From NCBI GenBank assembly GCA_024408075.1, contig JAKSVK010000001.1, forward strand, positions 17,273 to 81,272: 64,000 nucleotides of DNA. The letters run 5' to 3'. The position numbers and the translations under genes are program-made. Shown in pieces: positions 8,454-16,993 of this stretch. The notes under the pieces were generated by a model, which ran no database searches, was not told where the DNA came from, and saw only the letters and a list, made by a program, of their open reading frames with translations. Source of the DNA: Bacilli bacterium (lineage in GTDB: Bacteria > Bacillota_I > Bacilli_A > RFN20 > CAG-826). The stretch's first letter is position 1. Each line of letters starts with the position of its first letter.

Positions 8454-11045
8454 ATGTTAGAAAAAAGATATTCCCCAAAAGATGTTGAAAAAGGTAAATA
8501 TGAAAATTGGAAAAATAAAGGTTATTTTACCGCTGGAGATAAAACTAAGAACCCTTTTTCAATGGTTATTCCTCCACCAAACGTTACTGGTAAACTACAT
8601 TTAGGTCATGCTTGGAACACAACAATTCAAGATATTACCGCTAGATATAAAAAGATGTGTGGCTATGATGTTTTATGGCTTCCTGGAATGGATCATGCTG
8701 GAATTGCTACACAAGCAAAAGTTATGGCAAAACTTGTCGATAACGGAGTTGATGCAACTAAAATTTCTCGTGAAGAGTTTTTAAAATATGCTTGGGCATG
8801 GAAAGATGAATATGCTGAAAACATCCATCAACAATGGGCCAAAATTGGCTTAATGCTTGACTATACAAGAGAGCGTTTTACCTTAGATGATGGACTTAAC
8901 TTTGCTGTTAGAAAAGTTTTCGTAGATTTATATAATAAAGGTCTTATTTATCAAGGCGAAAGAATCATTTCTTGGGACCCTGTTCAACAAACTGCTTTAT
9001 CTAATATTGAGGTTATTCACCAAGATGATGAAGGATATATGTATTATTTCAAATATCCGATCGTTGGTAGTAAAGAAAGCTTAATTGTTGCTACCACAAG
9101 ACCAGAAACTATGTTTGGAGATGTCTGTGTCTGTGTTAATCCAAAAGATGAAAGATATACAAAATATCACGGAATGAAGGTTATAAATCCTGCTAACGGA
9201 GAAGCAATTCCAATCATCGCTGATAGCTATGTTGATGTGGAATTTGGTACTGGAGCTATGAAATGTACTCCAGCTCATGACCCAAACGACTTTAATATTG
9301 GTAAAAAATATGGCTTAGAAATGCCTATTATCTTTAATAAAGATGCGACAATGAATGACAAATGTGGAATCTACCAAGGAATGGACCGTTTTGTTTGTCG
9401 TGAAAAATTAATTGAAACTATTACTAAAGATGGTAATTTCATTAAAAAAGAAAAGATTGTCCACGCTGTTGGGCACTCTCAAAGAAACAACTGTGTTGTT
9501 GAACCAATGCTTTCAAAGCAATGGTTTGTTAGAATGAAACCTTTAGCTGATGAAGCTATTAAAAATCAAAAAGGAAATGACAAAGTCACATTTGTTCCTC
9601 AAAGATTTGAACAAACTTTCTTACAGTGGATGAATAACATTGAAGATTGGTGTATTTCTCGTCAACTTTGGTGGGGCCATAGAATTCCTGCTTATTACAA
9701 TAAGAAAACTGGAGAAGTTGTTGTTTCTATAGATCCTCCAAAAGATATGGAGAATTATGAACAAGATAAAGATGTTCTTGATACCTGGTTTTCTAGTGGA
9801 CTTTGGCCATTCTCAACCCTAGGTTGGCCTGAGAGTACTAGTGACTTGGAAAGATATTTCCCAACTTCAACATTAGTTACTGCTTATGACATTATTTTCT
9901 TCTGGGTTTCAAGGATGATTTTCCAATCTTTGAATGTTAACAAAGTAAGTCCATTTAAGACATGTGTTATTCATGGCTTGGTTAGAGATGAATTAGGTAG
10001 AAAAATGTCTAAATCATTAGGAAATGGTGTTGATCCAATCGATGTTATTGATAAATATGGAGTTGACGCTCTTAGATATTTCTTAACCACAAATTCTACT
10101 CCAGGACAAGACATGAGATATGTTGAAGAAAAGGTTGAAAGTAGTGCAAATTATTTAAATAAAATATGGAATAGTGCGCGTTATGTTTTAACTGTTCTTC
10201 CTGAAGATTTTAAAGAAAAACAAATCGATCCAAAATCATTATCAAATATTGATAAATGGATATTAGATCGATTGATGAATACAATTAAAAATGTATCCAT
10301 AAATATGGAAAAATATGATTACAATGCTGCAAGTAGTCACTTATATAACTTTGTTTATGATGATTTCTGTTCTCAATATTTAGAGATGTCAAAAGTTGCT
10401 CTTAATAGCGATGATTTAACAAAGAAAAATAACACATATCAAGTTTTACATAAGTGTTTAAAAACTATTGTTTTATTAATTTATCCATATACTCCTTTTA
10501 TTGCTGAAGAATTATATTTAAATCTTCCAGAACATAAAGAAAGTATTATGCTTGAAGCTTATCCAGAGGTCGAAAAAGGTTTCATTTCATCAAGTCAAAA
10601 CAAAGAAATTAATTTATTATTTGATTTGATTAAAGAAGTTAGAAATTACAAGATTACAAATAAGATTGCTCCTAACGCTGCACTTGATTTATTTATTAAA
10701 TTAAAGATTGAAGTTAGTGAAGATTTTAAAGTTTATTTAGATCGTTTTAGCTTCTCTCATACTGAGATTGTAACTTCTTTACCAGAAGGAGATTTGTACT
10801 CATATAATGATGCGGATATGGTTATTAAAAACAACGCAAATATTGAACAAGTTAAAGCAAAACTTGCTCAAGATATTGAAAAAGAAAAAGCAGAAATTGC
10901 ACGTGGCAAAAACATGCTAAATAACCCAAATTTCGTCTCAAAAGCTCCAGCTGAAAAGGTGAAATTAGAGCAAGATAAATTAAAGCAACACGAAGACAAT
11001 TTGAAGTCGCTTGTTGATAAGCTTGAAAAAATTTCAAAAAATTAA
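8454..11045 (+). CDS. valS: Valyl-tRNA synthetase
   Basis: Class I HIGH (PNVTGKLHLGHA) and KMSKS (KMSKSLGN) motifs, editing domain, C-terminal coiled coil; 863 aa. Confidence 0.95.
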   Translation: MLEKRYSPKDVEKGKYENWKNKGYFTAGDKTKNPFSMVIPPPNVTGKLHLGHAWNTTIQDITARYKKMCGYDVLWLPGMDHAGIATQAKVMAKLVDNGVDATKISREEFLKYAWAWKDEYAENIHQQWAKIGLMLDYTRERFTLDDGLNFAVRKVFVDLYNKGLIYQGERIISWDPVQQTALSNIEVIHQDDEGYMYYFKYPIVGSKESLIVATTRPETMFGDVCVCVNPKDERYTKYHGMKVINPANGEAIPIIADSYVDVEFGTGAMKCTPAHDPNDFNIGKKYGLEMPIIFNKDATMNDKCGIYQGMDRFVCREKLIETITKDGNFIKKEKIVHAVGHSQRNNCVVEPMLSKQWFVRMKPLADEAIKNQKGNDKVTFVPQRFEQTFLQWMNNIEDWCISRQLWWGHRIPAYYNKKTGEVVVSIDPPKDMENYEQDKDVLDTWFSSGLWPFSTLGWPESTSDLERYFPTSTLVTAYDIIFFWVSRMIFQSLNVNKVSPFKTCVIHGLVRDELGRKMSKSLGNGVDPIDVIDKYGVDALRYFLTTNSTPGQDMRYVEEKVESSANYLNKIWNSARYVLTVLPEDFKEKQIDPKSLSNIDKWILDRLMNTIKNVSINMEKYDYNAASSHLYNFVYDDFCSQYLEMSKVALNSDDLTKKNNTYQVLHKCLKTIVLLIYPYTPFIAEELYLNLPEHKESIMLEAYPEVEKGFISSSQNKEINLLFDLIKEVRNYKITNKIAPNAALDLFIKLKIEVSEDFKVYLDRFSFSHTEIVTSLPEGDLYSYNDADMVIKNNANIEQVKAKLAQDIEKEKAEIARGKNMLNNPNFVSKAPAEKVKLEQDKLKQHEDNLKSLVDKLEKISKN

Positions 11046-11064
11046 GACCCTTTGGGTCTTTTTT
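11046..11064 (+). terminator. Rho-independent terminator after valS (AGACCC-ttt-GGGTCT + T5)
   Basis: Perfect hairpin and U-run seen in sequence. Confidence 0.65.
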
Positions 11065-11223
11065 CTTACTTAAAAAATATTTTACACATTTTTGATATTT
11101 TGCCCCCTATAAGATAAGTGAGGGGCCCGAAAACATTTTCATCCCATCATTATTATTCCCATATCAAGTTTTTTATTCATCGCGAATGTTTCTTCCTCGG
11201 GTCCCTTGAAATAGGAGGTATTT

Positions 11224-11406
11224 ATGAATTATCAATTATTAAGTGAATCTGAGCTAGATTCTTCTTATGCAGGAGGGGCTGTAACCCTAACCACTGTACT
11301 TGCTGTTCTTTCTGCTGCTATTATTGCAGTAGTTGTCTATAAACTTTTTATATCCAAGAAAGGGAGCGCAACAGTTCCTGGAGGTTGGAAATTTTCTTGG
11401 AACTAG
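11224..11406 (+). CDS. 60-aa small hydrophobic peptide with N-terminal double-glycine-like leader (MNYQLLSESELDSSYAGG | AVTL…GGWKFSWN)
   Basis: Strong RBS AGGAGG 7 nt upstream of ATG; one predicted TM helix; stop codon 2 nt before radC ATG. Confidence 0.45.
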   Translation: MNYQLLSESELDSSYAGGAVTLTTVLAVLSAAIIAVVVYKLFISKKGSATVPGGWKFSWN

Positions 11407-11408
11407 TA

Positions 11409-12086
11409 ATGAGTAAAATTAAGGATTTACCAGAATATGAACGTCCAAGAGAAAAAGCATTAAGACATGGAATAGGGGCTCTATCCGATGCTGAACTAAT
11501 CTCTTTGTTGCTATCAAGTGGCTACAAAGGCAGTAATGTGAACTGCATATCCACCTCGCTCTTAAATACTTATAATAGTTTGAAAAACTTATCGTTGTCT
11601 CCTCTAGATGACTACTTCAAATTTAAGGGCATAAAAACCAGTAAAGCATTGATGCTTGCGGCAACATTCGAAATACATCGACGAATAGTTAGACAAGAAA
11701 GTGAGTCCAATAACTCAGTGATTGATTCTGAATATTTATATAATAAATATAAGGAAGAATTACTAGTTATGTATCAAGAAGTAGTCATAATCGTGATTGT
11801 GAATAGCAAAAACCAAATATCTTATGAAAATACCCTATATAAAGGCAACTCAACACAAGTCCTGATTTCGTTTAAAGATATTTGGAGAGAGTTATTAACC
11901 CATAAAGGGAAAGGATTCTATTTGATTCACAATCACCCAAGCGGAGACGTAAATCCTTCAGAACAAGATTTGTTTATTACCCAAGAGCTCTTAAGAGAGA
12001 GCAAAACATTAAAAATTCAGCTATTAGATCACATCATTATTGGTGAAAATGGCTATACTTCAATTATAAAAATGATAAAAACATAA
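11409..12086 (+). CDS. radC: RadC-family JAB/MPN domain protein (UPF0758)
   Basis: N-terminal HhH region (LPEYERPREKALRHGIGALSDAELISLLL) and JAMM motif HNHPSGDVNPSEQD; ATG at 11409 coupled to preceding peptide (track ORF starts at TTG 11385). Confidence 0.85.
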   Translation: MSKIKDLPEYERPREKALRHGIGALSDAELISLLLSSGYKGSNVNCISTSLLNTYNSLKNLSLSPLDDYFKFKGIKTSKALMLAATFEIHRRIVRQESESNNSVIDSEYLYNKYKEELLVMYQEVVIIVIVNSKNQISYENTLYKGNSTQVLISFKDIWRELLTHKGKGFYLIHNHPSGDVNPSEQDLFITQELLRESKTLKIQLLDHIIIGENGYTSIIKMIKT

Positions 12087-12096
12087 GTTTTTTAGT

Positions 12097-12235
12097 TGCA
12101 TAACCTCTATAACTTTGTTATATTAATACACGTTGTCGCCTCACTAGCTACAACCGCATAGAAAAGGTTTATAAAACCTTAATGGTTACCTTCATAGCGA
12201 GTCCTTAGTGAATTAAATGAAAAAGGAGGGACATT
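12097..12235 (+). promoter_or_regulatory. Promoter (TTGCAT-N17-TATATT) and structured leader upstream of rplU-prp-rpmA (L21-leader-like)
   Basis: Promoter hexamers seen in sequence; leader contains hairpin AAGGTTTATAAAACCTT; position matches the Firmicutes L21 leader. Confidence 0.4.
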
Positions 12236-12544
12236 ATGTACGCAATCATCGAAACTGGTGGAAAGCAAGTTCGTGTTGAAGTTGGTGCTAAAATCTATGT
12301 TGAAAAGATCGAAGCAAAAGTCAACTCAACAGTAACATTCGACAAAGTACTTCTCGTTGGTGATAAAACCGCTAAAGTTGGTACTCCATATGTCGAAGGC
12401 GCTAAAGTTGTTGCTAAAGTTGAAAAACAAGGTTTATCCAAAAAAATTCGTGTTTTCACTTATAAGAACAAGGCTAACGAAAGAAAAACATTAGGTCATC
12501 GTCAACCTTATACTTGCTTAGTAATTGAAAGCATTAACGCTTAA
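12236..12544 (+). CDS. rplU: 50S ribosomal protein L21
   Basis: [11 protein letters not shown]… consensus; RBS AAGGAGGG. Confidence 0.95.
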   Translation: MYAIIETGGKQVRVEVGAKIYVEKIEAKVNSTVTFDKVLLVGDKTAKVGTPYVEGAKVVAKVEKQGLSKKIRVFTYKNKANERKTLGHRQPYTCLVIESINA

Positions 12545-12552
12545 AAGTAACT

Positions 12553-12861
12553 ATGATAAAAGTAGTTATTTCCACTGACAAGTCAACTACAAAGATTACC
12601 TCAATTGAGGTTAAAGGACATTCTAACTCAGCTCCAAAAGGAAAAGACCTTATATGTGCTGCAGTTAGCGCAATTATCACAGGTGGTATTAACGCCCTTG
12701 CTGATAAAGATTATTGCTTCATTTTAGAAGAAGGTCATGCCCTTATAAAAGCAAATGACATTCCTTCTGATTATGATGGCGTTGTCTTGAAGACAATTGG
12801 AACTCAACTCAGAACAATAGAAGAAAGCAATAAACAGTTTGTCAGTATCCAAATTTTATAG
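12553..12861 (+). CDS. prp: Ribosomal-processing cysteine protease Prp (DUF464)
   Basis: GHS…DLICAAVSAI catalytic His/Cys pair; sits between rplU and rpmA as in Firmicutes. Confidence 0.85.
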   Translation: MIKVVISTDKSTTKITSIEVKGHSNSAPKGKDLICAAVSAIITGGINALADKDYCFILEEGHALIKANDIPSDYDGVVLKTIGTQLRTIEESNKQFVSIQIL

Positions 12862-12879
12862 AAAGGATAAACTAGAATT

Positions 12880-13164
12880 ATGTTATTTAAATTAAATTTA
12901 CAACTCTTCGCTTCTAAAAAAGGTGTTGGATCTACTAAAAACGGCCGTGATTCTGAAGGTCGTAGGTTAGGTGCTAAAGTTGCTGATGGACAATGGTGCC
13001 ATGCTGGTAGCATTATTTATCGTCAAAGAGGAACTCGCATTTATCCAGGAGAAAATACAAAAATCGGAAAAGATGATACAATTTACGCAACCGCTAATGG
13101 CGTTGTTAAGTTTGAACGATTAGGTAAAGACCGTAAATCTGTTAGAGTTGTTGCTGATAAGTAA
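12880..13164 (+). CDS. rpmA: 50S ribosomal protein L27 (with Prp-cleaved N-terminal extension)
   Basis: [10 protein letters not shown]|[15 protein letters not shown]… ; Prp cleavage motif before ASKKG. Confidence 0.95.
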   Translation: MLFKLNLQLFASKKGVGSTKNGRDSEGRRLGAKVADGQWCHAGSIIYRQRGTRIYPGENTKIGKDDTIYATANGVVKFERLGKDRKSVRVVADK

Positions 13165-13185
13165 TTAGCAAACAAATATTAAATT

Positions 13186-13211
13186 AGACCACATTATTGT
13201 GGTCTTTTTTA
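13186..13211 (+). terminator. Rho-independent terminator after rpmA (AGACCACA-ttatt-GTGGTCT + T6)
   Basis: Seen in sequence. Confidence 0.6.
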
Positions 13212-13234
13212 TTTTTTTATTATATAATAAAAGT

Positions 13235-14509
13235 ATGTTCATCGATCGAGCAATTATTGAAGTCAGAAGCGGAAAAGGCGGAGATGGAGCTATTGCATTT
13301 AGAAGAGAGAAATATATTGCTAAAGGCGGACCTGCCGGAGGCAATGGTGGTCGCGGAGCTTCCATTATTCTAAAAGCAAATAGTAAGATCAACACTCTTT
13401 TTAACTTTCGACATTCAAAGTGTTTTATCGGTCCTGAAGGCGAAAAAGGTGGAATTAAAAACCAATACGGACATCATAGTGAAGATGTGATTGTTGAAGT
13501 ACCTATTGGTACTGTTGTCTACGAAGAAAAAGATCACAAATTTTTAGGTGATTTATCTACTGATGGTGAAACTCTACTCGTTGCAAAAGGCGGTAGAGGC
13601 GGTAGAGGCAATACTGCATTTAAGAGTTCCACAAATCGCGTTCCTAAAATTGCAGAAAATGGTGAACCAGGCGAAACAAAACGACTAATTTTAGAACTAA
13701 AATTATTAGCCGATGTTGGCCTTGTTGGGTTCCCAAGTGTAGGAAAATCAACTTTGTTATCAGTAATTAGTTCTGCTCGACCAGAAATTGCTGATTATCC
13801 TTTCACGACATTAGTTCCTAATTTAGGAGTTGTTTATGTTGATGATAAAAGAAGCTTTGTCATGGCTGATTTACCTGGATTAATTGAAGATGCTCATTTA
13901 GGAAAAGGACTCGGTCTTCAATTTTTAAGACATATTGAGAGATGCCGCGTGATTGTTCATGTTATTGATATGTCAAATAACGGAAGAGATGCGTTCGATG
14001 ACTATAAAATTATAAATAAAGAGTTAAAAGAATATGGCTTTGGTTTAGAAAGTAGGCCAATGCTTGTCGTGGCTTCAAAAATGGATGAAGAGGGAGCAAA
14101 GGAAAAGCTTGCTGCCTTTGAGAAAAAAGCAAAGATTAAATGTATTCAAATCTCTGCTTTAGCAGAAGAAGGCATCAAAGAACTTTGTTATCAACTGATG
14201 GATTTAGTTGAAAAAACACCAAAATTCCCATTATTTGATAGCCAAGATAAAGTCTTAGATAATAAAGTGTATAAATTAGATGAAAAAGAAGGAATAACTA
14301 TTAAGCATCCTGAACTTCATACTTGGGTTATTGAAGGAGAAGATATTGTTAAATTCTATAAAATGACCAATATTACAACTGATGAAGGAATGATGAAATT
14401 ATTATCACACTTAAGAAAAATGAAAGTTGATGATATGCTTGAAGAAAAAGGAGCAGAAGACGGAGACACCGTAATACTTGATGACTTCTCTTTTGAATTT
14501 GTGAAATAA
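13235..14509 (+). CDS. obg: GTPase Obg/CgtA
   Basis: N-terminal MFIDRA…GGDG…GGNGG glycine-rich Obg fold, G domain GFPSVGKST, C-terminal OCT/TGS domain; start moved to ATG 13235 downstream of the terminator (track start 13199 lies inside it). Confidence 0.9.
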   Translation: MFIDRAIIEVRSGKGGDGAIAFRREKYIAKGGPAGGNGGRGASIILKANSKINTLFNFRHSKCFIGPEGEKGGIKNQYGHHSEDVIVEVPIGTVVYEEKDHKFLGDLSTDGETLLVAKGGRGGRGNTAFKSSTNRVPKIAENGEPGETKRLILELKLLADVGLVGFPSVGKSTLLSVISSARPEIADYPFTTLVPNLGVVYVDDKRSFVMADLPGLIEDAHLGKGLGLQFLRHIERCRVIVHVIDMSNNGRDAFDDYKIINKELKEYGFGLESRPMLVVASKMDEEGAKEKLAAFEKKAKIKCIQISALAEEGIKELCYQLMDLVEKTPKFPLFDSQDKVLDNKVYKLDEKEGITIKHPELHTWVIEGEDIVKFYKMTNITTDEGMMKLLSHLRKMKVDDMLEEKGAEDGDTVILDDFSFEFVK

Positions 14510-14510
14510 A

Positions 14511-15248
14511 ATGAAACTTGAAGCTTACCTTAAAAAGATTGAACAATTTGTTTCTGATTATTTGATAAATAATAATATGGATAAATATATTCTTGGTCTT
14601 TCGGGTGGAGTTGATTCTTCTTTAGTAGCGGCAATTTGTAAAAAAGCAGTTGGAAAAGATAAATTACTTTGCGTAATGATTCCAATTGACTCTGATGAAT
14701 CAGATTTACGTGATGCTAAGAAAGTTGCAGAAATATTAGATCTTAATTACATAATTTTTGATGCTAGCGAAACATTTCATAAAGAAGTAGAACGCTTTAA
14801 TTCTCTTAATATATCTTTAGATAAATCTACTTTAGCTAACTTAAAAGTGCGTATCAGAATGACAGTTTTATATGCTTTGGCTCAAAAAGAAAGAGGCTTA
14901 GTTGTTGGAACTGATAACGCTGATGAAAGATATACTGGATATTTCACTAAGTATGGAGATGGTGGAGTTGATTTGCTCCCAATTGGCCATTTATTAAAAA
15001 GTGAAGTAGTCCAAGCTTGTAAATTATATGGTTTACCTAAAGATTTAGCAGAACGTATTCCTTCCGCTGGACTTTGGGAAGGACAAACTGACGAAGGCGA
15101 AATGGGTATTACTTATAAAGTACTTGATGACTTTTTGTTAGGAAAACCAGTTGATGAATCTAGCCAGGCTAGAATCAATCATTTACATAAAATAAGTCAA
15201 CATAAACGTGATCCTCTACCAATGCCTGAGGAATTTATACGTGACTAA
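14511..15248 (+). CDS. nadE: NH3-dependent NAD+ synthetase
   Basis: PP-loop SGGVDSS, 245 aa. Confidence 0.9.
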   Translation: MKLEAYLKKIEQFVSDYLINNNMDKYILGLSGGVDSSLVAAICKKAVGKDKLLCVMIPIDSDESDLRDAKKVAEILDLNYIIFDASETFHKEVERFNSLNISLDKSTLANLKVRIRMTVLYALAQKERGLVVGTDNADERYTGYFTKYGDGGVDLLPIGHLLKSEVVQACKLYGLPKDLAERIPSAGLWEGQTDEGEMGITYKVLDDFLLGKPVDESSQARINHLHKISQHKRDPLPMPEEFIRD

Positions 15249-15249
15249 A

Positions 15250-15345
15250 ATGAATAAAAAAGTAACAATTGCTTTTATTTCAGGCTTAATAACCTGTGCC
15301 ATAATTCTGACTATAACTCTTTTATTAGTACTAACTAATTAGGAG
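15250..15345 (+). CDS. Possible 31-aa single-TM micro-protein (MNKKVTIAFISGLITCAIILTITLLLVLTN)
   Basis: ATG 1 nt after nadE stop, ORF ends 8 nt before ruvA ATG; too short for the track; no strong RBS. Confidence 0.25.
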
Positions 15346-15353
15346 AATTTAAC

Positions 15354-15902
15354 ATGATCTATTTCTTAAAAGGAATAGTTCATTCTGTTTTAAAAGATTC
15401 AATTGTTTTGAATGTAAATAATGTTGGCTATCGTCTTTATGTTAGCCATACGAGTAATTATCAGCAGAATGATACTATTTTAATTTACACATATAATGTC
15501 CTTAAACAAGACGCAAATTATTTAATTGGATTTACTTCAAAAGAAGAGAAAAATATATTCTTATCTTTGATAAAAGTAAATGGATTAGGGCCAAAAACTG
15601 CAATTAATATATTAAGTGGTACTGACCCTAAGACCTTATGTGCTGCCATTAATTCTGGCAATATTGCTTATTTAAAAAATCTACCAGGAATAAGTACTAG
15701 AGCAGCTCAGCAGATTCTAATTGACTTAAAGGGAAATTCAAACAATGAAACTTCACAATTGAATTATGAAGAAGCTAGACTTGCCCTGAAGCAACTTAAA
15801 TTTAAGGTGAGTGATATCGACGCTGCGCTTGCTTCAATTAATGAACCAAATTTAACAACTGAAGAACTAATCAAATTAGCGCTGGTAAAACTTAGACAGT
15901 AA
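15354..15902 (+). CDS. ruvA: Holliday junction DNA helicase RuvA
   Basis: RBS AGGAGA; OB domain MIYFLKG…, HhH motifs LIKVNGLGPKTA, C-terminal RuvB-binding domain. Confidence 0.9.
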   Translation: MIYFLKGIVHSVLKDSIVLNVNNVGYRLYVSHTSNYQQNDTILIYTYNVLKQDANYLIGFTSKEEKNIFLSLIKVNGLGPKTAINILSGTDPKTLCAAINSGNIAYLKNLPGISTRAAQQILIDLKGNSNNETSQLNYEEARLALKQLKFKVSDIDAALASINEPNLTTEELIKLALVKLRQ

Positions 15903-15903
15903 T

Positions 15904-16896
15904 ATGAATAACATATTGGATATTAAAAATTCTTGTGATACAACCGAGATTTCTTTACGTCCTTACTATTTAAACGATTACATTGGACAAGTCGAGCTTA
16001 AAGCCAAATTAGAAGTTTTTATAAAAGCAGCAAAATCAAGACATGAGACGCTTGATCATGTGCTTTTATATGGTCCTCCTGGACTTGGAAAAACTTCTCT
16101 TGCTCTAGCAATTGCTCATGAAATGAATGTCCCTATTAAAATAATTACAGCTACAGTCATTGAAAAAACAGGTGATTTAGCAGCAATTTTATCTGAATTA
16201 GAACCTGGCCAAGTGCTATTTATTGATGAAATTCATCGACTTCCAAGAATAGTAGAAGAGTCACTTTATAGTGCGATGGAAGATTATCGACTTGATATTG
16301 TTATTGCAAAAGATTTCAATTCAAAATCAATTTCTTTAGATCTTCCTCCCTTTACATTAATAGGTGCTACGACACGCGCAGGTATGCTATCTTCGCCACT
16401 TAGAAGTAGGTTTGGAATCATTGAAAAATTTAACTATTATTCAATCAATGAAATTGAACAAATAGTAGGGCATACAGCTAAGTTTTTTAACTGCGAAATT
16501 GATTCGCAAAGTATGTATGAAATCGCTTTACGCTCGCGTGGTACTCCGCGTATTGCAAATCGTATCCTTAGGCGTGTCAGAGATTATGCAAATTGTGTTG
16601 ATTCTAACAAGATAAATATAGAAATTACATCAAAAGCATTAGAGGCTTTAAAAATTAATAAAATTGGTTTAGATGAAGTTGATATTAGCTACTTAAAAGC
16701 AATCATAAATAGGTTTAATAAAGGACCAGTTGGAATTGAAACATTAGCCAGTTCAATTGGTGAGGAAGTTGTTAATCTAGAAGATGTGTATGAACCTTAC
16801 TTATTACAGATTGGATTTATTGATCGAACTCCAAAAGGAAGGATAATTACTTCTAAAGGTTATGCTCACTGTAGACAAAACGGATATGTAAATTAA
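15904..16896 (+). CDS. ruvB: Holliday junction DNA helicase RuvB
   Basis: Walker A GPPGLGKTS, Walker B LFIDEIHRL, winged-helix C-terminus. Confidence 0.95.
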   Translation: MNNILDIKNSCDTTEISLRPYYLNDYIGQVELKAKLEVFIKAAKSRHETLDHVLLYGPPGLGKTSLALAIAHEMNVPIKIITATVIEKTGDLAAILSELEPGQVLFIDEIHRLPRIVEESLYSAMEDYRLDIVIAKDFNSKSISLDLPPFTLIGATTRAGMLSSPLRSRFGIIEKFNYYSINEIEQIVGHTAKFFNCEIDSQSMYEIALRSRGTPRIANRILRRVRDYANCVDSNKINIEITSKALEALKINKIGLDEVDISYLKAIINRFNKGPVGIETLASSIGEEVVNLEDVYEPYLLQIGFIDRTPKGRIITSKGYAHCRQNGYVN

Positions 16897-16993
16897 TTAT
16901 ATTTTATATTGAAATATAATACTCACTGTTGTATCTTATTAACTAAGCGGTTAATCGCAATATTTTATTAATATAATAAATCGGAGGAAGACT

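Noticed and set aside
11045-11095. Promoter assignment for the 11224 peptide/radC unit
   Set aside because: Candidate hexamers (TTTACA…, TTGATA…) have poor spacing. I could not define a convincing -35/-10 pair, so no promoter feature is reported.
13165-13395. 76-aa Pro-rich minus-strand ORF
   Set aside because: It is the antisense of the glycine-rich Obg N-terminal domain (GGx repeats read as PPx) and spans the rpmA terminator. It is an artefact.
15250-15345. Treating the 31-aa TM ORF between nadE and ruvA as a confident gene (e.g. a YajC-like protein)
   Set aside because: It has no good SD and is too short and too low in complexity to distinguish from chance in AT-rich DNA. It is kept only as a low-confidence feature.
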